Positions 47,452 through 57,881 of a stretch of DNA of 64,000 nt are shown piece by piece. The position numbers were made by a program, and so were the translations under genes. The DNA is from an uncultured Clostridia bacterium (GTDB lineage: Bacteria; Bacillota; Clostridia; TANB77; CAG-508): the NCBI GenBank assembly GCA_944388765.1, contig CALXKA010000002.1:11509-75508 (forward strand). The letters run 5' to 3'. Within the stretch, counting starts at the first letter, position 1; every line of letters begins with the position of its first letter. Under the pieces are notes generated by a model that was not told where the DNA came from, did no database searches, and worked only from the letters and a program-made list of their open reading frames with translations.

Positions 47452-48126
47452 CTATTTCATATTTTCTAATGCTTTTTTTGCAGCTTGCATATGTGCTTCT
47501 TTTTTACTTTTCCCCTTTCCTTTTGCAAGGACTTTACCGTTTAAACTTACTTGTGCTTCAAAACTCTTGTTATGATCTGGTCCTTCTTCTTTTGTAATTT
47601 CATATACTATTTTTACATCTCCATGTTCTTGTAGTTTTTCTTGTAATACTGTTTTATAATCTCTATCTCCCACATGTTTTGTTGCAATTTCTATTTCTTC
47701 TTTTAGATTATTTATTATAAACTTTTCTACTTCTTTTAATCCTCCATCTAAGTACATTGCTGCTATTATCGCTTCTACGCTATCTGCAAGTATTGCTGGT
47801 CTGTTTTTTCCTCCTGTTAATTGTTCTGATTTTCCAAGATACAAGAACTCACTAAAATTATGTTTTTTAGCAATTTTATATAGGCTTTTTTCACATACTA
47901 CTGTGGCTCTGACTTTTGTCATTTCTCCTTCTTTTAAATTAGGATAATTACTATATAAATATTTACTTGATATAAATTCTAATATACTATCTCCTAAAAA
48001 TTCTAGTTTTTCATTGCTTTCTATTCTTTTTTCATTTGCATATGATGTATGTGTAAGCGCCTTTTTTAATAGTTCTTTATTTTTAAAAGTATATTTAATT
48101 TCGTTTTCTAATTTTTCTAAGTTCAT
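47452..48126 (-). CDS. rnc: Ribonuclease III
   Basis: NEKLEFLGDSILE signature and a C-terminal dsRBD (GPDHNKSF...GKGKSKKEAHMQAAKKAL). Confidence 0.92.
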   Translation of the reverse strand: MNLEKLENEIKYTFKNKELLKKALTHTSYANEKRIESNEKLEFLGDSILEFISSKYLYSNYPNLKEGEMTKVRATVVCEKSLYKIAKKHNFSEFLYLGKSEQLTGGKNRPAILADSVEAIIAAMYLDGGLKEVEKFIINNLKEEIEIATKHVGDRDYKTVLQEKLQEHGDVKIVYEITKEEGPDHNKSFEAQVSLNGKVLAKGKGKSKKEAHMQAAKKALENMK

Positions 48127-48339
48127 ATTTCCTCTTTTCTTTTTATGTTTTTTATATTACTATTATATACCATTTTATAGATTTTGCAAGTTTTTATATA
48201 ATTACTTTTTAAGTATTTATATATATTTTTTTCTTAGTAATTATTACTAAAACTTTTTTTCTTAAAAATGTGGACAGATATATTTTGTTATTGTATAATA
48301 AATGTGTATTATTTTAAAAGTAGAAAGAGAGAAATTATA

Positions 48340-49707
48340 ATGGCAAAGGATAAAAATTCTTTCCAACGAGAAGAACGTGATTTAATAGATGTTTTTAATG
48401 AGTTACAAGAACTTCAACATAATCCAAAAGCAAGACAAGCCTATCAAAGAAAAGTACATAAATCAAAATTCTCTTTTCATTCTAAACTTGATTCAAATAA
48501 AACATTTAAGAAAAGTTATGATTTAAAATTGTCACATATTATAGTGGGATGTTCTGCTTTAATTATTGGTATGGCTATTTTCTTTCCTAAAACTTCTGCT
48601 TTTACAGAAAGCTATGCTAAGGAGGAAAATTTACAAGAAGTTTCAGAATATGAATTAAATAGGCACCGTTTAAATATGCAAAGTATAATTTCTGAAAATT
48701 CTGGAATGGATCGTGTTAAAGAGCAAGTTACAGAAGAACGTGATGTTGATTTTGAAACTACATATCAGAATAATAGTACATTACCAAAAGGTGAAGAAGT
48801 TATACTTCAAGAAGGTACTCTTGGCAAGGACAATGTTACAGTAGTAAAAACTTATGAAAATGGCAATTTTGTTGAAGAGGTTATTCTAAGTAAAAATCGT
48901 TTAGTTGAACCTATATCAAAAATCATTGATGTTGGTACTTCTGAATTTTTAGCAAAGCATAAAGTTCATATTGGCGATATTATGTATTTTGTAAATACAG
49001 CTAATTTGAAAGCTGCTGCTGATGATAATTCTAATGATGTTGCAGAAGTAAAAGAAAGTTTAGATGTTAAATTATTAGAATTGCCAAGTGAAGAATGGTG
49101 TAAAGTTTCATTTGATGGTATTGAAGGATATATAAAAACTTCTAACTTAACATCTTCATATACAACTCCAAACATTGTTGAAAAGAATCGTATTCAAAGA
49201 ATCTTAATTAAAGTTAATATAGATATGGAGTTAAATAAGGCAAGTGGTCTTACATTAAATGACTATAAGAAAGTATTTACAAACTTATCTAATGATACAA
49301 ATAATATTTTTGAAGATAATTACGCTGTATTTTATAACATGGAGAAAAAATATAATATTAATGGTATATTCCTAGCATCAATGGCAATTCACGAAAGTGC
49401 TTGGGGTACTTCTCAAATTGCTAAGGACAAGCATAATCTATTTGGTTATGGCGCTTATGATGAGAGTCCTTATGAATCATCACTTGGTTTTGATAGCTAT
49501 GAGGAAGGAATTGAGACAGTTGCAAAATCATTAGTTAAATATTATTTAAATCCTTCTGGAACTAAAATATATGATGGTGAAACTGCTGCTGCTTGGTATT
49601 ATAATGGGCCTACTTTACAAGGTGTAAACACAAGATATGCTAGTGATAAGGAATGGTATACAAAAGTTTATAGTTATATGGAAATGCTTTATAATAGACT
49701 TAGATAA
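48340..49707 (+). CDS. Cell-wall hydrolase: G5 domain, SH3b-like domain and N-acetylglucosaminidase (GH73-like) domain
   Basis: TM anchor. G5-like LPKGEEVILQEGTLGKDNVTVVKTYENG. SH3-like WCKVSFDGIEGYIKTSNL. Glucosaminidase-like ASMAIHESAWGTSQIAKDKHNLFGYGAYD. The start is set at MAKDKN. Confidence 0.7.
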   Translation: MAKDKNSFQREERDLIDVFNELQELQHNPKARQAYQRKVHKSKFSFHSKLDSNKTFKKSYDLKLSHIIVGCSALIIGMAIFFPKTSAFTESYAKEENLQEVSEYELNRHRLNMQSIISENSGMDRVKEQVTEERDVDFETTYQNNSTLPKGEEVILQEGTLGKDNVTVVKTYENGNFVEEVILSKNRLVEPISKIIDVGTSEFLAKHKVHIGDIMYFVNTANLKAAADDNSNDVAEVKESLDVKLLELPSEEWCKVSFDGIEGYIKTSNLTSSYTTPNIVEKNRIQRILIKVNIDMELNKASGLTLNDYKKVFTNLSNDTNNIFEDNYAVFYNMEKKYNINGIFLASMAIHESAWGTSQIAKDKHNLFGYGAYDESPYESSLGFDSYEEGIETVAKSLVKYYLNPSGTKIYDGETAAAWYYNGPTLQGVNTRYASDKEWYTKVYSYMEMLYNRLR

Positions 49708-49778
49708 TATTGATATAAAACACTAAAAGAAAGATATATATCTTTCTTTTAGTATTATTATGATTTGAATTTAAAAAT

Positions 49779-50630
49779 GTGGTGATTAATGTGAAATTTA
49801 AAAAAATTCAATTAAAAAACGAAAGATTAGTATTTTCTATTTTATTAATTACTTTATTTATTGTTTTTATATTGTATTATAATTTTGTATTTTCAGAGGT
49901 ATTATCTAGAAATTCTTTTGCAAATCAAATGATAGAAATTGCTGATGAAAATGAAAATCCTATTTTTTCTGTACAGAGAATTTTGTTATATAGTAGTGCA
50001 AATGCAATAGATAATTCTGATGATTTATCTTTAAAAAATATGAGTATATCTCAATATACTGATATATCAATATATATTGATAATTTGGCAACAATTTCTG
50101 AATTAACAGATGAAAATACTATTCGAGAATTATATATTGATAATATTTCTATGAAATCTAATGCCGATATTGGCACAAAATTTTTAAACTATAAAAACCC
50201 TTTAAATTTTGGAAAATATGAAGATATTAATCTTCCAGAAAATAATAGAATCGATTTTAATATTGTTAATACTAATTCAGAAAATGAAAATCATGATTAT
50301 TCAAACCCTACATTTTACACAGATTGTTCAAATCCTATTTCTTTGGGATATTTAAACAAAGATATTTTAACTAATTATTCTGCAACACAGGAAGTAAATA
50401 CAGTTTCTTTTAATGGTAAGGTTTTGCAAGAAGCAAATGTTAATTTAAATGATATTAGTTATATTTTAAGTTTTAGAATAAATATAATTAATAATTTAGG
50501 AGAAAAATTTGTATATAATATGTCTTTAAATGTTAACTTAAATGATGATAATGGTAGTATCTATAACGGATATGTTTATAAAGGTATAAACGCTTCTGGT
50601 AAAGAGTATCAATTTTTCAAAGAAATGTAG
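49779..50630 (+). CDS. Hypothetical membrane-anchored protein
   Basis: 283-aa ORF with an N-terminal TM segment. A hairpin plus T-run follows at about 50641-50666. Confidence 0.5.
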   Translation: MVINVKFKKIQLKNERLVFSILLITLFIVFILYYNFVFSEVLSRNSFANQMIEIADENENPIFSVQRILLYSSANAIDNSDDLSLKNMSISQYTDISIYIDNLATISELTDENTIRELYIDNISMKSNADIGTKFLNYKNPLNFGKYEDINLPENNRIDFNIVNTNSENENHDYSNPTFYTDCSNPISLGYLNKDILTNYSATQEVNTVSFNGKVLQEANVNLNDISYILSFRINIINNLGEKFVYNMSLNVNLNDDNGSIYNGYVYKGINASGKEYQFFKEM

Positions 50631-50666
50631 TTGTTTTTTAGGCCTAGTTATAGGCTTATTTTTTTC

Positions 50667-50695
50667 TTGACAATTAAATGAAAATCTGTTATTAT
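50667..50695 (+). promoter_or_regulatory. Sigma-A-type promoter for the tRNA pair (TTGACA-17 nt-TATTAT)
   Basis: -35 at 50667-50672 and -10 at 50690-50695. Confidence 0.55.
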
Positions 50696-50786
50696 ATTAA
50701 ATGCTTAGTCGTAAAACAATTTTATTATTCATATTTTATAAATTAATACATATAATTGAGTATGAATTAAATAAGTTTTATTTTAT

Positions 50787-50860
50787 GCAGGTATAATTTA
50801 GTGGTAAAATGCAACCTTGCCAAGGTTGATTCGCGGGTTCGATTCCCGCTACCTGCTCCA
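50787..50860 (+). tRNA. tRNA-Gly (anticodon GCC)
   Basis: Folded by hand: acceptor GCAGGTA/TACCTGC, anticodon stem CAACC/GGTTG with loop TTGCCAA, T-arm GCGGG-TTCGATT-CCCGC, and an encoded CCA. Confidence 0.9.
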
Positions 50861-50864
50861 ATAT

Positions 50865-50939
50865 GGCGACATAGCCAAGTGGCTAAGGCACGAGTCTGCA
50901 AAACTCTGATCCCCGGTTCGAATCCGGGTGTCGCCTCCA
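50865..50939 (+). tRNA. tRNA-Cys (anticodon GCA)
   Basis: Acceptor GGCGACA/TGTCGCC, anticodon stem CGAGT/ACTCT with loop CTGCAAA, T-arm CCCGG-TTCGAAT-CCGGG, discriminator U, and an encoded CCA. Confidence 0.9.
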
Positions 50940-50944
50940 AAAAG

Positions 50945-50977
50945 TTAGCATTTTTTATAATTTGCTAATTTTTTTAT
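50945..50977 (+). terminator. Terminator after the tRNA pair
   Basis: TTAGCA-(12 nt)-TGCTAA followed by a long T-run. Confidence 0.55.
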
Positions 50978-51180
50978 TTTTTGAGAAAGTCCAAAAAAAT
51001 ACTGAAAAATAAATGGTTTTAGCATTTAATATTTTTCAATATTTTTTAATATTCCTCAATTTTTTAAACTTGTATGTTAATTACTACTACATAAATATTT
51101 CTCTTCTTATATAATAATTTAGACTGTTGATTAAAAAATTAATTTGTCAACAGTCTTTTTATTTATATAAAATATACTAG

Positions 51181-51694
51181 TTAATATATAGTATCCTTTA
51201 CTTCAAATCTATTTCCTACATATTCATATTTGTCTACTTCATATATGCTTATAGGATCATCTTCGTTATATAATACTACATATACTTCTTCACCTTCATT
51301 AATTTCGTCATATTTTTCTTTTGTTATATTTATTTTTTTATCTTCATATCCTTTTATTTCTACATAATAATATGTTTTTCTTGTTCCTGGATCACTTGTT
51401 CCGTGTTCTATATGTTTTTTTGTCTATTTTACTTATTATAAGGTTTATATTTTTCCCATATATATCAATATTTGTTAACTTTAATATTGGAATTATCATC
51501 ATTATAAGTATTATAACAGTAATTATAATAATATATATTTTAGTTTTTTTACTATCTTTTCCTTTTCTACTTTTTGTTATAATATAAATTCCAATAATTA
51601 ATATTATAATCAAAAATATTAGTCCAAATATTGATACTCCTACATCTCTTTGTAATAAATCTTGTATTATCATTGAATCTGTTAATTCGTTCAT
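51181..51694 (-). pseudogene. Two-TM membrane protein split by a frameshift in a homopolymer (A7 on the coding strand, T7 at 51415-51421)
   Basis: ORF 51392..51694 ends ...SKIDKKTYRTRNK*. Removing one A continues the frame as ...SKIDKKHIEHGTSDPGTRKTYYYVEIKGYEDKK... for about 77 further codons, to the TAA at 51181-51183. Confidence 0.55.
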
Positions 51695-51728
51695 TTTTTC
51701 TCCTAAATTTATTTATTAATTAAATATT

Positions 51729-53780
51729 TTATTTTTTACTTTTAGTTGATTTTTTTCTAGTCTTTTTAGGTTTTATTTCTTCTGTTTCTTCTGGATTCCA
51801 TTTTTCCCCTTTTTTAGGTTTATTCCATGAAATATAATCACAAGAATCAGGATTATTTTCGCAAATATAATAATTTCTTCTTCTTTTTGTCTTTCTTACT
51901 TGTACTTTTCCTCCACATTTAGGACAAGGCACATCAATCGTTTCAACAATTGGTTTTGTATTTTTACATTCAGGATATCCTGGACATGCTAGAAATTTTC
52001 CATATCTTCCATATTTATACACCATCATTCTTCCACATTTTTCACATGGTATATCTGATACTTCATCTACTAATTCTACATGTTCAAGTTCTTTTTCTAC
52101 TTTTTCTATTTCTTTTTCAAAAGGCCCATAAAATTCTCTAATCATTTGCTTCCATGGTTCTTTTCCTTCTGCTATATCATCAAATTCATTTTCAATTTTT
52201 GCTGTAAATTCAACATTTATTATATCTCCAAAATTTTCTGTTAGAAGTTTATTTACCACTTTTCCTAATTCAGTAGGGACTAATTGTTTTTGTTCTTTTT
52301 CAATATATCTTCTTTCTAGGATAGTTGTTATTGTTGGAGAATATGTACTTGGTCTACCTATTCCTTTTTCTTCTAATGCTTTTACCAAACTTGCTTCTGT
52401 ATACCTTGGAGGTGGTTCCGTAAAGCTTTGCTTTGGATTTATTTTGTTTAATTTCACCTCTTCTTTTTCTTTTAAGTCTGGAAGCATACCTTCTACATCT
52501 TGTTCTTTTTGGTCTGTCCCTTCAACATATAGCTTCATAAATCCTTCAAATTTTATTCTTTGTCCATTTGCCTTGAATGTATAATCGTTTGCATCTATCG
52601 TAACTGCCATTGTATCATAAATTGCGGCTGCCATTTGACTTGCCATAAAACGATTATATATTAATTTATATAATTTATATTGATCTTTTGTTAATGACTC
52701 TTTTATTTTTTCTGGTTCTAAATCACTATATGTAGGTCTTATACCTTCATGTGCATCTTGTGAATCTTTTCCTGTTTTATAGTATCTATTTTCATAATAT
52801 TTTTCTCCATATGTACCTACTATATGTTCTTTTGCTGCTTTTCTTGCTTCTTCTGATATTCTTGTTGAGTCTGTTCTCATGTATGTAATTAGACCTACTG
52901 TTCCTTTTTCTGGTATTTTTACTCCTTCATATAGTCCTTGCGCAATTGACATTGTCTTTTTTAATGTAAATCCTAATTTTCTTGATGCCTCTTGTTGCAT
53001 TGTACTTGTTGTAAATGGTGGGGCTGGCGTTCTTTTCTTTTCTCCCCTTTTTACTTCTTCTATTACGTATTTTGCTTTTTCTATTTCTTTTAAAATATTA
53101 TCTACTTCTTCTTGTGAATGAATTTCTAATTTTTTACCATTTTTTCCATAGAATCTTGCCTCAAATTCTTTTTTATTTTCTTTATCTTCTAAAATAACAT
53201 ATATATTCCAGTACTCTTCTGGTATAAATTTTTCAATTTCTTCTTCTCTATCTACAATTAATTTTACTGCTACTGATTGTACTCTTCCTGCTGATAGTCC
53301 CCTTTTTACTTTTTTCCATAAAACTGGACTCATTTTATATCCAACAATTCTGTCTAATACTCTTCTTGCTTGTTGTGCATCCACTAAATTTATATCTATA
53401 TCTCTTGGATTTTTTATTGCATTTTGTACTGCTGTTTTTGTAATTTCATTAAATGTTACTCTTGACATTTTGTTTTTATCATCTGATAGAATATATGCTA
53501 AATGCCAAGCTATTGCTTCTCCTTCACGGTCAGGGTCAGTTGCAAGATATACTTTTTTTGCTTTTTTGGCTTCTTGTTTTAAAGATTTTATTAAATCTCC
53601 CTTTCCTCTTATATTTATATATTCAGGTTCAAAATCATGTTCTATATCAATTCCCATTTTTGATTTTGGTAAGTCTCTTATATGTCCCATAGATGCTAAC
53701 ACTTTTGTACTTCCACCTAGGAATTTCTTTATTGTATTGGCTTTTGCTGGTGATTCCACTATTATTAATTTATCAGCCAT
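51729..53780 (-). CDS. topA: DNA topoisomerase I
   Basis: TOPRIM KLIIVESPAKA, a type IA core containing the string TYMRTDSTRIS, C-terminal zinc ribbons (CEKCGRMMVYKYGRYGKFLACPGYPEC, CPKCGG) and a basic tail. Confidence 0.93.
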   Translation of the reverse strand: MADKLIIVESPAKANTIKKFLGGSTKVLASMGHIRDLPKSKMGIDIEHDFEPEYINIRGKGDLIKSLKQEAKKAKKVYLATDPDREGEAIAWHLAYILSDDKNKMSRVTFNEITKTAVQNAIKNPRDIDINLVDAQQARRVLDRIVGYKMSPVLWKKVKRGLSAGRVQSVAVKLIVDREEEIEKFIPEEYWNIYVILEDKENKKEFEARFYGKNGKKLEIHSQEEVDNILKEIEKAKYVIEEVKRGEKKRTPAPPFTTSTMQQEASRKLGFTLKKTMSIAQGLYEGVKIPEKGTVGLITYMRTDSTRISEEARKAAKEHIVGTYGEKYYENRYYKTGKDSQDAHEGIRPTYSDLEPEKIKESLTKDQYKLYKLIYNRFMASQMAAAIYDTMAVTIDANDYTFKANGQRIKFEGFMKLYVEGTDQKEQDVEGMLPDLKEKEEVKLNKINPKQSFTEPPPRYTEASLVKALEEKGIGRPSTYSPTITTILERRYIEKEQKQLVPTELGKVVNKLLTENFGDIINVEFTAKIENEFDDIAEGKEPWKQMIREFYGPFEKEIEKVEKELEHVELVDEVSDIPCEKCGRMMVYKYGRYGKFLACPGYPECKNTKPIVETIDVPCPKCGGKVQVRKTKRRRNYYICENNPDSCDYISWNKPKKGEKWNPEETEEIKPKKTRKKSTKSKK

Positions 53781-53892
53781 GTAATCCTCCTTATTTTCCC
53801 CTTTATTATTTCATTATTTTTATATTTATATTTATTCTATTATAGTATTCTAGACTAATTTTCCACATTTTGCAAGTTTTTAGTGGATAATT

Positions 53893-54291
53893 TTATATAA
53901 ATATCATACTTTTCCAAAAATCATATATTATTTCTTCAACACTAATTGGAGTTACTTCATTCTCTTTAAATATATTTAAAATTTCTTCAATCCTTTTTTC
54001 ATCGTTTGATAAATATGTTATTTCTTTTTCCTCTATTTTAGCTTTTTCATCTCTATATTCGGTTTTTACTACTTTTATTCCAAATCTTGCTTTTTCTCCT
54101 TTCATTATCTCATCTTCATTAATTATTTTGTAGTATTCTAATTTAATCGGATATGTAATTCCCGCTTCTTGTAATTCTTCTTTTTTTATAAATGTACTGG
54201 TATAGAAAGTCTTCAAAATATTTCCCCCTTTTTCTTTTGTAATTATTATGCACTGCCTTTTTATAATACTATTAAAATAGAGGGTTTGCAA
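53893..54291 (-). CDS. Hypothetical protein
   Basis: ORF of up to 132 aa. The true start may be the TTG near 54216, which follows a GGGGG RBS. No motif recognised. Confidence 0.45.
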   Translation of the reverse strand: MQTLYFNSIIKRQCIIITKEKGGNILKTFYTSTFIKKEELQEAGITYPIKLEYYKIINEDEIMKGEKARFGIKVVKTEYRDEKAKIEEKEITYLSNDEKRIEEILNIFKENEVTPISVEEIIYDFWKSMIFI

Positions 54292-54394
54292 GGATTTTTC
54301 ATCGCAAGTTTTGTCATTATTTTATATCTATTTACAAAATATGATTTGTTTTTTGTTTTTATCCCTTTTTTCGTTTAATTTCTACTTTTCTTTT

Positions 54395-54925
54395 TTAATA
54401 TTCTTTTAATTTATTTTTATATATTTTATAATCCGGCATGTTTTTTTCTACTAATTCCCAAAAATTAGTAGAGTGATTCATTTCTTTTAGATGACACATT
54501 TCGTGTAATACAACATATTGAATTACTTTTTCATCTTTTTTGGCCAATTTTAAATTAATTGTTATATTTTTCTTACTTGAACAACTTCCCCACGCATATT
54601 TTATATTTTTTATTCTAATATTATTTGGTATTGCTCCTAGCGTTTTAGAATATTTTTGTATGCTTTTTTCAATTATCTCTTTTAATCTTTCTACATCTTT
54701 TATATCTAACTTTTCTTCAACTTTTGGCTTTTGTTCATATCTTTTTACATTCTCATAAATCCATTTTGATTTTTTATTTATAAATTCTTGTATATACTTT
54801 TCTTGTAATCTTACTGGCGCTTTTACTATTACTTGTCCTTCTTTTATATGTATATATAAATTTTTTATTTTAGATTTCTTTATTGTATATGGTATCTTTT
54901 CTCCATTATATTTTATTTCATTCAT
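54395..54925 (-). CDS. YgjP-like metallopeptidase (DUF45 / SprT-like)
   Basis: VVLHEMCHLKEMNHSTNFWELVEKNMPDYK. Confidence 0.78.
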   Translation of the reverse strand: MNEIKYNGEKIPYTIKKSKIKNLYIHIKEGQVIVKAPVRLQEKYIQEFINKKSKWIYENVKRYEQKPKVEEKLDIKDVERLKEIIEKSIQKYSKTLGAIPNNIRIKNIKYAWGSCSSKKNITINLKLAKKDEKVIQYVVLHEMCHLKEMNHSTNFWELVEKNMPDYKIYKNKLKEY

Positions 54926-54926
54926 A

Positions 54927-56141
54927 TTATTCCTCTTTTTTTAACTTAACTATTTCTTCAACATCCATTTTAGTTGCTCTTGTTACTGAATCATATCCAT
55001 ATTTACTTCTTAAAGTATCTATTACTTTATCTAATTTTTCTTGTTTTTCATCTTTATTTTCGTCAAATAGTGATATTTGATTTTCTTTTGATTCTACTAA
55101 ATTATCAACTCTTACTCCTACAAGTCTTATTTCTTGTCCTTTTCTATACATCTCATGTAATAACTCTTTTGCTGTTAAATATATCTGTTTTGTCGTATTA
55201 GTTACCTCTGGAAGCTTTTTTTGATGTGAAGTGTCTTCAAAATTTTTTGTTCTTAATTGTACATTAACAGTATTTGCATATAGTTTTTCTTTTCTTAATC
55301 TATATGCTACTTGTTCTGAAATTGTTAATACAATTTCTTCTAATTTATTTATATCTGATATGTTTTTTGGTAGTGTTACAGAATTTCCTACACATTTAGG
55401 TTTTTCTGGTAGGTATTTTACTTCTGTATTATCTATTCCATTTGCATATTCCCACATCAAAACTCCATGTTTTCCAAATTTCTTTTCTAATTTACTTTTT
55501 TCAGTTTTTGCTAGATCTCCTATTGTTTTTATTTGCATATTTAGTAATTTTGGTACTGTCTTTTTACCTAGCATAAATAACTCAGAAATTGGTAATGTCC
55601 ACATTTTTTGTGGTATTTCTTCTTTCCATAATGTATGTACTTTATTAGGTTTTGTAAAATCTGATGCCATTTTTGCAAGTAATTTATTATTTGCTACTCC
55701 TACATTTACTGTAAATCCTAATTCTTTTTCTACTCTTTTATTTATCTCATATCCTTTGTTTAATAATGTATCTCCTCTTAAATAATTAGTCATATCCAAG
55801 AAACATTCATCAATACTAAATCTTTCTATTTTGTCAGTATATTCTAACAAAAGATTATATAGTTCATTTGAATATTTTCTATATATTTTAAAATTTGATG
55901 GAAATATTTGCAAATTTGGGCATTTAATCCTTGCTTGATATATTGTATCTGCTGTTTTTATTCCACATTCCTTTGCTTTCATGCTTTTTGCTAAAACAAT
56001 TCCAGATCTTTTAGATTCATCTCCTCCAATTATTGCTGGAATGTCTCTAATATCAATTTGATTTCCTTGTTTTAACATTTCTACTGCTGTCCAACTTAGA
56101 AATGCATTATTAACATCAACATGTAATATTTGTTTTTCCAT
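54927..56141 (-). CDS. dinB: DNA polymerase IV (Y-family)
   Basis: ILHVDVNNAFLSW, SIDECFLDMT and a little-finger C-terminal domain. Confidence 0.88.
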   Translation of the reverse strand: MEKQILHVDVNNAFLSWTAVEMLKQGNQIDIRDIPAIIGGDESKRSGIVLAKSMKAKECGIKTADTIYQARIKCPNLQIFPSNFKIYRKYSNELYNLLLEYTDKIERFSIDECFLDMTNYLRGDTLLNKGYEINKRVEKELGFTVNVGVANNKLLAKMASDFTKPNKVHTLWKEEIPQKMWTLPISELFMLGKKTVPKLLNMQIKTIGDLAKTEKSKLEKKFGKHGVLMWEYANGIDNTEVKYLPEKPKCVGNSVTLPKNISDINKLEEIVLTISEQVAYRLRKEKLYANTVNVQLRTKNFEDTSHQKKLPEVTNTTKQIYLTAKELLHEMYRKGQEIRLVGVRVDNLVESKENQISLFDENKDEKQEKLDKVIDTLRSKYGYDSVTRATKMDVEEIVKLKKEE

Positions 56142-56249
56142 AATATCACCAAAGTTATTATAGAATGTTTGTTTGTATTTGTCAATAAATTTGTATTTTC
56201 CTATCTATTTTTTATTTTTTGTGATATTATTTAAAAAGAGGTTTTAATT

Positions 56250-56966
56250 ATGAATAAAAAAATTGAATTATTAAAAAATATTATTGAGAATAGTACTAAC
56301 ATAGTGTTTTTTGGTGGTGCTGGTGTATCAACAGAAAGTGGTATTCCAGATTTTCGTAGTAAAGATGGCTTATATAGTCAAAAATATAAATTTTCACCAG
56401 AAGAAATATTAAGTCATCACTTTTTTATAAATAATACCGCTGATTTTTATGAGTTTTATAGAAATAAAATGAATTCTTTAAAGTATGATCCTAATATAAC
56501 TCATATTAAATTAGCCGAATTGGAAAATAAGGGTATTTTAAAAGGTATTATTACACAAAATATAGATGGATTACATCAAAAAGCTGGTTCTAAAAATGTA
56601 TTAGAGTTACATGGAAGTGTTTATAGAAATTATTGCATGAAATGTAATAAATTTTATGATGCAAATTATATTTTTGAGTCTAAAAACATACCTTACTGTG
56701 AGTGTGGTGGTATTATAAAACCTGATGTAGTATTATATGAAGAAGCTCTTGATTATACTGTTTTAGAAAATTCTATCTCATTAATTTCTTCATGTGATAC
56801 TCTAATAATCGGAGGAACTTCTTTAACGGTTTATCCAGCAAGTGGTTTAATTAAATATTTTAAAGGAAAGAATTTAATTTTAATTAATAAAGGTATAACA
56901 TCTTTTGATAGTATAGCAAATTTAGTTATAAATGATAGCTTAGGAAATGTATTTTCTAGTATTTAA
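56250..56966 (+). CDS. cobB: NAD-dependent protein deacylase (Sir2 family)
   Basis: GAGVSTESGIPDFRS, TQNIDGLH and a zinc ribbon CxxC...CxC. Confidence 0.88.
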   Translation: MNKKIELLKNIIENSTNIVFFGGAGVSTESGIPDFRSKDGLYSQKYKFSPEEILSHHFFINNTADFYEFYRNKMNSLKYDPNITHIKLAELENKGILKGIITQNIDGLHQKAGSKNVLELHGSVYRNYCMKCNKFYDANYIFESKNIPYCECGGIIKPDVVLYEEALDYTVLENSISLISSCDTLIIGGTSLTVYPASGLIKYFKGKNLILINKGITSFDSIANLVINDSLGNVFSSI

Positions 56967-56984
56967 AGAAAGGATTTATATATT

Positions 56985-57872
56985 ATGAATAAAATTGTTT
57001 TAATAGGTTGTGGAAATGTTGGAATGGCATATGCTTATGCTTTAATTAATCAAAATTTAAATATAGATGAGTTAATTTTAATAGATACTGATATTAATAA
57101 ATTACAAGGTAAAGTCATGGATTTAGATCATTGTATTGCAAATGTTTCTAATAAAATAAATGTTAAAATTGGAGATTATTCTGATTGTAAAGATGCCAAT
57201 ATTGTTTGCGTTACTGCTGGTCCTACTCAAAGTGCTATTAAAACTTCTAGAATGGAAGATTTATATAAAGCAAATGAGATTTTTCATTCTATTATTCCTT
57301 CTATTGCTGGTTCTGGTTTTTCTGGTATATATTTGATTGCTAGTAATCCACTAGATGTTATGACCTATGTTACATGGAAATATGCTAAATGTAACCCATA
57401 TAAAGTAATTGGATCTGGAACTTTACTCGATACTGCTAGGCTAAAATATGTATTAAGTGAAAGGAAAAATATTCCTATCCAAAAAATTGATGGTTATGTT
57501 TTAGGTGAACATGGTGATAGTCAATTTATTACTTGGAGTAATATAAATGTTAAGAATATTACTTTAAATGAAAAATTGGAAATTGCTGATGAAGTAAAAA
57601 AATTAGGTTTTACTGTTGGAAAATATCAAGGATTTACTTGTTATGGTATTGCAAGTTCATTAACTAGAATTACAAAAGCTATTTTATTTGATGAGAAAAT
57701 TGTTTTACCAGTTTCTTCTTATGATGAAAAAACTGGTATCTATATTAGTACTCCTTCTAAAATAGGTATAAATGGCATTGAAGAAACTAGAATAATGAAC
57801 TTATCTAATACTGAAAATGAGGAGTTTGAAAACTCTGTACGTACTATATGTACTGCAATTGGCAATTTATAG
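56985..57872 (+). CDS. ldh: L-lactate dehydrogenase family protein
   Basis: IVLIGCGNVGMAYAYAL, GSGTLLDTAR and GEHGDSQF. Confidence 0.8.
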   Translation: MNKIVLIGCGNVGMAYAYALINQNLNIDELILIDTDINKLQGKVMDLDHCIANVSNKINVKIGDYSDCKDANIVCVTAGPTQSAIKTSRMEDLYKANEIFHSIIPSIAGSGFSGIYLIASNPLDVMTYVTWKYAKCNPYKVIGSGTLLDTARLKYVLSERKNIPIQKIDGYVLGEHGDSQFITWSNINVKNITLNEKLEIADEVKKLGFTVGKYQGFTCYGIASSLTRITKAILFDEKIVLPVSSYDEKTGIYISTPSKIGINGIEETRIMNLSNTENEEFENSVRTICTAIGNL

Positions 57873-57881
57873 TCATTATTT

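Noticed and set aside
47452-48126. rnc lying ~44 kb from smc rather than in the usual rnc-smc-ftsY cluster
   Set aside because: This is a genuine synteny difference, but gene order at this scale varies among Firmicutes. Nothing in the sequence suggests a functional consequence.
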